Below, in pieces: positions 60,960 through 64,000 of a DNA stretch of 64,000 nt. The DNA lies in NCBI GenBank assembly GCA_964016885.1, contig OZ024744.1, positions 50,220,001 to 50,284,000 on the forward strand, in the 5' to 3' direction. The notes under the pieces are model-generated. The model was not told the origin of the DNA. It did no database searches and saw nothing but the letters and a program-made list of their open reading frames with translations. A program made the position numbers and the translations under genes. This stretch comes from Eledone cirrhosa (Eukaryota). Position 1 is the first letter of the stretch; each line of letters begins with the position of its first letter.

Positions 60960-63047
60960 ATGGCTACGAAAAAGAAATTTCATACGTCACTCCCACTCAT
61001 TCCGTCTTCTTCTTCCTCAATCATCACTACAGCAGAGAGAAGATTGTCTCTCTCCCTCCCTTCTTTAAATGTGTCTCTCTCCCTCCATTCTCTTTCGCAA
61101 GTGACGAAAGAAAAGAAAAGTCTCGTGCAAAGCGTGCAAGGTTTCTCCACGACGACGACGACAGCGACGAAACAGGTGTGCGGGAAATACGAAAACCCAG
61201 TTCATTCGTCCGACGTCAGGAATAATAGCAGTAGCAGCCGTAATAACAACAGCAACAGTGACAATGAAAACAACAGTAGCAGCCGCAACAGCATCACCAG
61301 CAGCATAAACAACAACAGCATTAGCAGCAGCAACACCAACAACAACCACAGCAACAGCGGCGGAGGCAGTAGTCGTAGTACCTGCAGCAACAACAAAAGT
61401 ACCAGCAGCTCTGACGACAACAACAACAGCAGAGAAAAACCAATCTCATTTGCAGGTATTGCGAAAAACTTGGAAACAATCCTCATAACAAATGAGGAAT
61501 TAGAGGAAGCGAAGAAGATGGTGACAAAGAACGGACACCGAGCAATCTGCAAGGCAGCGGAAAAATTTTTCGAAACCCAAGAGCACTGTACGGTCACGTA
61601 CCGTACAGTAAGTACAAAATCCCGTAGGGTGGAAAGAGCCACAGAGGCCCAAATACAAAAAGCCTTGGGGTCTGTGTGGCAGCGGAAAACGCACATCACC
61701 CGAGGCAAAAAATATGCCACCGTAGACGTACTTTTTGCCACACCCCAGGAGGCAAAGGTCCAATCAGTAGTGACCCTAAGGAGCGAGGAAATGGTGTTGG
61801 TGCCCTCCTACTGCAGGCAAAAAATTGTGAGGGTCAAACTGACCCACGTCCCCCCCGGAATGACCCCTTCTTGGCTGGCCGCGTCTGTCCTCGTCGGAAT
61901 CGAGGACAAAACAACTGTACTGCAAGTACAGAAAAAAGTAAGAGAAGATTGGGTCGGCTCCTCCATTGAGATGCTAATCCAAACCAACCAGGAGTGCATC
62001 GAAGCTATCCCGGATGTGATAGACTTCGATAACGGCACTCAACTGCCCATAAGTGTTGAGGGCAAACGCCCAAAATGCTTTCGCTGTGGATCGAAGACTC
62101 ACCTCAGGGCCTTCTGCAACGAGAAGACCCTGAGAAAGGAGAAAACCCCCCTCCTTCCGAATCCGGCTCCACGGCTACCAGCAACAGGACAAGCGGCAAC
62201 CAGGAACGATAGGCCCGTGGCACCCATACCCACTCCACGGAAATCAAAAACAGCAGCAACAGTGGAAATATTAACAACAACAACAGCAATACCAAATGCA
62301 GCTGCAACAGAGACTCCAGTGCAAACATCACCAACAACAACAAGTGAAAGAGTGGAGCTGGTACCCCTCCCCGACCTCACAGAATCAGACATGGAGTGTG
62401 AGGTGGGAGAGGGATGGCAAAAGGTCGTAAGAAGGCACAAACGCAGAAGCAGCGCATCGTCGCCTTTGAAAAGGGAGGAAAGAAATGAGAAAAGGGTAAA
62501 GTCTACTGCAAAGAGACCCACAGCAGCAACAACACCAACACCATCACCACCCACACTAGCACCACCATCACCACCGGCGACAACCCCACCGCCAACAACA
62601 CCTTCAACACAAGCACCAACATCGCAAACACAACAACAAAACACACACACCCAGCAACAACGACAAGAAAATAGCAGAACCACACCCCACCCCCAGAAAA
62701 ACAAATGCACGGCAATAAATACACACAACAAGAAACTAATGACTTACATAATTGAACACACAGACATTTCACAACAGGACTACATAATACCAGCACCAAT
62801 CAAAACGCCAAGTAACATAAGACTGCTAAAAATAGCACAGAAACAATACACAAACATTAAAACGAAATTCCCCAACGCAGTTGGTGATTTCAGGGACCTA
62901 GGAGGAACCATCAATCGAAGAGTATACTCAGACATACTCTTAGAAGAGCCGACGACCAGCCGAAGGGACGATTCAACGGTCCCTTCACCAGACGATCAAG
63001 TGAAAAGGGATGTAAAAACCATCCCTCCTCTACCAAAAGTACGGTAA
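60960..63047 (+). CDS. LINE ORF1 (Gag-like, CCHC zinc knuckle)
   Basis: 695 aa; CFRCGSKTHLRAFC; S/N-rich and P/T-rich low-complexity tracts. Confidence 0.85.
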   Translation: MATKKKFHTSLPLIPSSSSSIITTAERRLSLSLPSLNVSLSLHSLSQVTKEKKSLVQSVQGFSTTTTTATKQVCGKYENPVHSSDVRNNSSSSRNNNSNSDNENNSSSRNSITSSINNNSISSSNTNNNHSNSGGGSSRSTCSNNKSTSSSDDNNNSREKPISFAGIAKNLETILITNEELEEAKKMVTKNGHRAICKAAEKFFETQEHCTVTYRTVSTKSRRVERATEAQIQKALGSVWQRKTHITRGKKYATVDVLFATPQEAKVQSVVTLRSEEMVLVPSYCRQKIVRVKLTHVPPGMTPSWLAASVLVGIEDKTTVLQVQKKVREDWVGSSIEMLIQTNQECIEAIPDVIDFDNGTQLPISVEGKRPKCFRCGSKTHLRAFCNEKTLRKEKTPLLPNPAPRLPATGQAATRNDRPVAPIPTPRKSKTAATVEILTTTTAIPNAAATETPVQTSPTTTSERVELVPLPDLTESDMECEVGEGWQKVVRRHKRRSSASSPLKREERNEKRVKSTAKRPTAATTPTPSPPTLAPPSPPATTPPPTTPSTQAPTSQTQQQNTHTQQQRQENSRTTPHPQKNKCTAINTHNKKLMTYIIEHTDISQQDYIIPAPIKTPSNIRLLKIAQKQYTNIKTKFPNAVGDFRDLGGTINRRVYSDILLEEPTTSRRDDSTVPSPDDQVKRDVKTIPPLPKVR

Positions 63048-63082
63048 GTGGTCTTTCCCATCTTTTCCACTCTATTTTAAAC

Positions 63083-64000
63083 ATGACCTCACTCAGAATA
63101 GGCAGCATAAATGCGCGTGGCTTGGGGTCGTCATGGAAGCAGGGTCACCTGCTCAACGACCTCAGGTCACTAAACATAGATGTAGTGGCCATCAGCGAGA
63201 CCAGAATCTCCGAAGCACGGGCCTTCGCACCGATCTTCGGCGGCTACGATGTGTACGCATCTCCCAGCCGTCCTGGATCGGGTGGAGGAGTTGCTGTGCT
63301 TTTTCGGAGAGGTTTGGATCTCGCCATACGGGCCATCTTCCTGGACCCAGAGGGTAAGCTGGTGGTGCTGGACGTGACCAGCGGAGACGGGCAAGCTTTC
63401 AGGCTAGTGGCCGTCTATGCCCCGACAGGAGCAGGGCGGCCTGATTTCTTCCGGCGTCTGGAGACCTTTCTTGGAACGTCCCGCTCTTTAGTGTTAGTGG
63501 GCGACTGGAACGGGATCTTAGATGCACGCTGGGACTGTGTGGGATTAGCGGATAGGGGTGGAGGGTGCAAGAGCCTCACCAACCTGCTCAGGCGTTTTGA
63601 ACTGTCTGACAGGTACCGATTGGATTTCCCGAATGTGCCAATGTGGACTTGGACAAACCGCATAGGGTCATCCAGATCATATCTAGATAGAGTATTTTGT
63701 AGGGAAATAGATAGGTCTAGCATAGGCTGTCCACAATTCAAGATAGTCAGCTACACGGACCACAAATTCGTGATCTGTGTGCTTGACTTAGATAGGCTTC
63801 ATAGACGAGGACCCGGCTACTGGAAGCTAAACGCGTCCTTACCAGCGCGCAAGGCCTACAGAGACCGGATTAGCGAACTAGTTAAGCGGGCGTTGACGGG
63901 GGCCATCGTCAACAACAAGTGGTGGTTTGCTCTGAAAAGAGCGATTAGAATAGAATCGATTAGGTTTAGTAAGGCTTTAGCAATAGAGAAAAATAGAGCA
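63083..64000 (+). CDS. LINE ORF2 N-terminus (APE endonuclease), incomplete at the window edge
   Basis: MTSLRIGSINARGL..AISETR..GGGVAVL..VYAP..GDWN..SYLDRV..TDH..GPGYWKLN; open for 306 codons; absent from the ORF track. Confidence 0.92.
   Translation, partial: MTSLRIGSINARGLGSSWKQGHLLNDLRSLNIDVVAISETRISEARAFAPIFGGYDVYASPSRPGSGGGVAVLFRRGLDLAIRAIFLDPEGKLVVLDVTSGDGQAFRLVAVYAPTGAGRPDFFRRLETFLGTSRSLVLVGDWNGILDARWDCVGLADRGGGCKSLTNLLRRFELSDRYRLDFPNVPMWTWTNRIGSSRSYLDRVFCREIDRSSIGCPQFKIVSYTDHKFVICVLDLDRLHRRGPGYWKLNASLPARKAYRDRISELVKRALTGAIVNNKWWFALKRAIRIESIRFSKALAIEKNRA

Larger units (their letters stand above)
60745..64000 (+). mobile_element. Tx1/L1-group LINE, apparently 5'-intact, runs off the window
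   Basis: 5' UTR, ORF1 with a CCHC knuckle, 35-nt spacer, ORF2 with an APE domain. Confidence 0.9.

Overview
AT-rich, microsatellite-dense eukaryotic DNA. The SINE/RTE families and repeat style suggest an octopus (cephalopod) genome, but this is an inference. Most of the window is nested transposable elements: many RTE LINE copies, a CRE-like and an R4/Dong-like RLE retrotransposon, a HERO-like remnant, CR1/L2 remnants, a young Tx1/L1-type LINE running off the right edge, three Penelope-like elements (PLEs), two tRNA-derived SINE families, a hAT transposase pseudogene, a Helitron end, a 40-bp minisatellite and a 4.3-kb 22-bp satellite. One host gene is visible although the ORF track misses it: two spliced minus-strand exons (59183-59295 and 48265-48468) encoding the C-terminal part of a universal stress protein (USP). 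The most striking signal is about 13 well-formed type I hammerhead ribozyme (HHR) motifs plus several degenerate ones, mostly in fold-back inverted repeats sitting in (TA)n. Two of them lie in small non-coding, terminally redundant units of 468 bp and 425 bp that also carry an ATGCAAAT octamer. These look like a retrozyme (circular-RNA-derived retroelement) family mobilised by the neighbouring PLEs. All motifs were folded by eye; no activity or database match has been tested.
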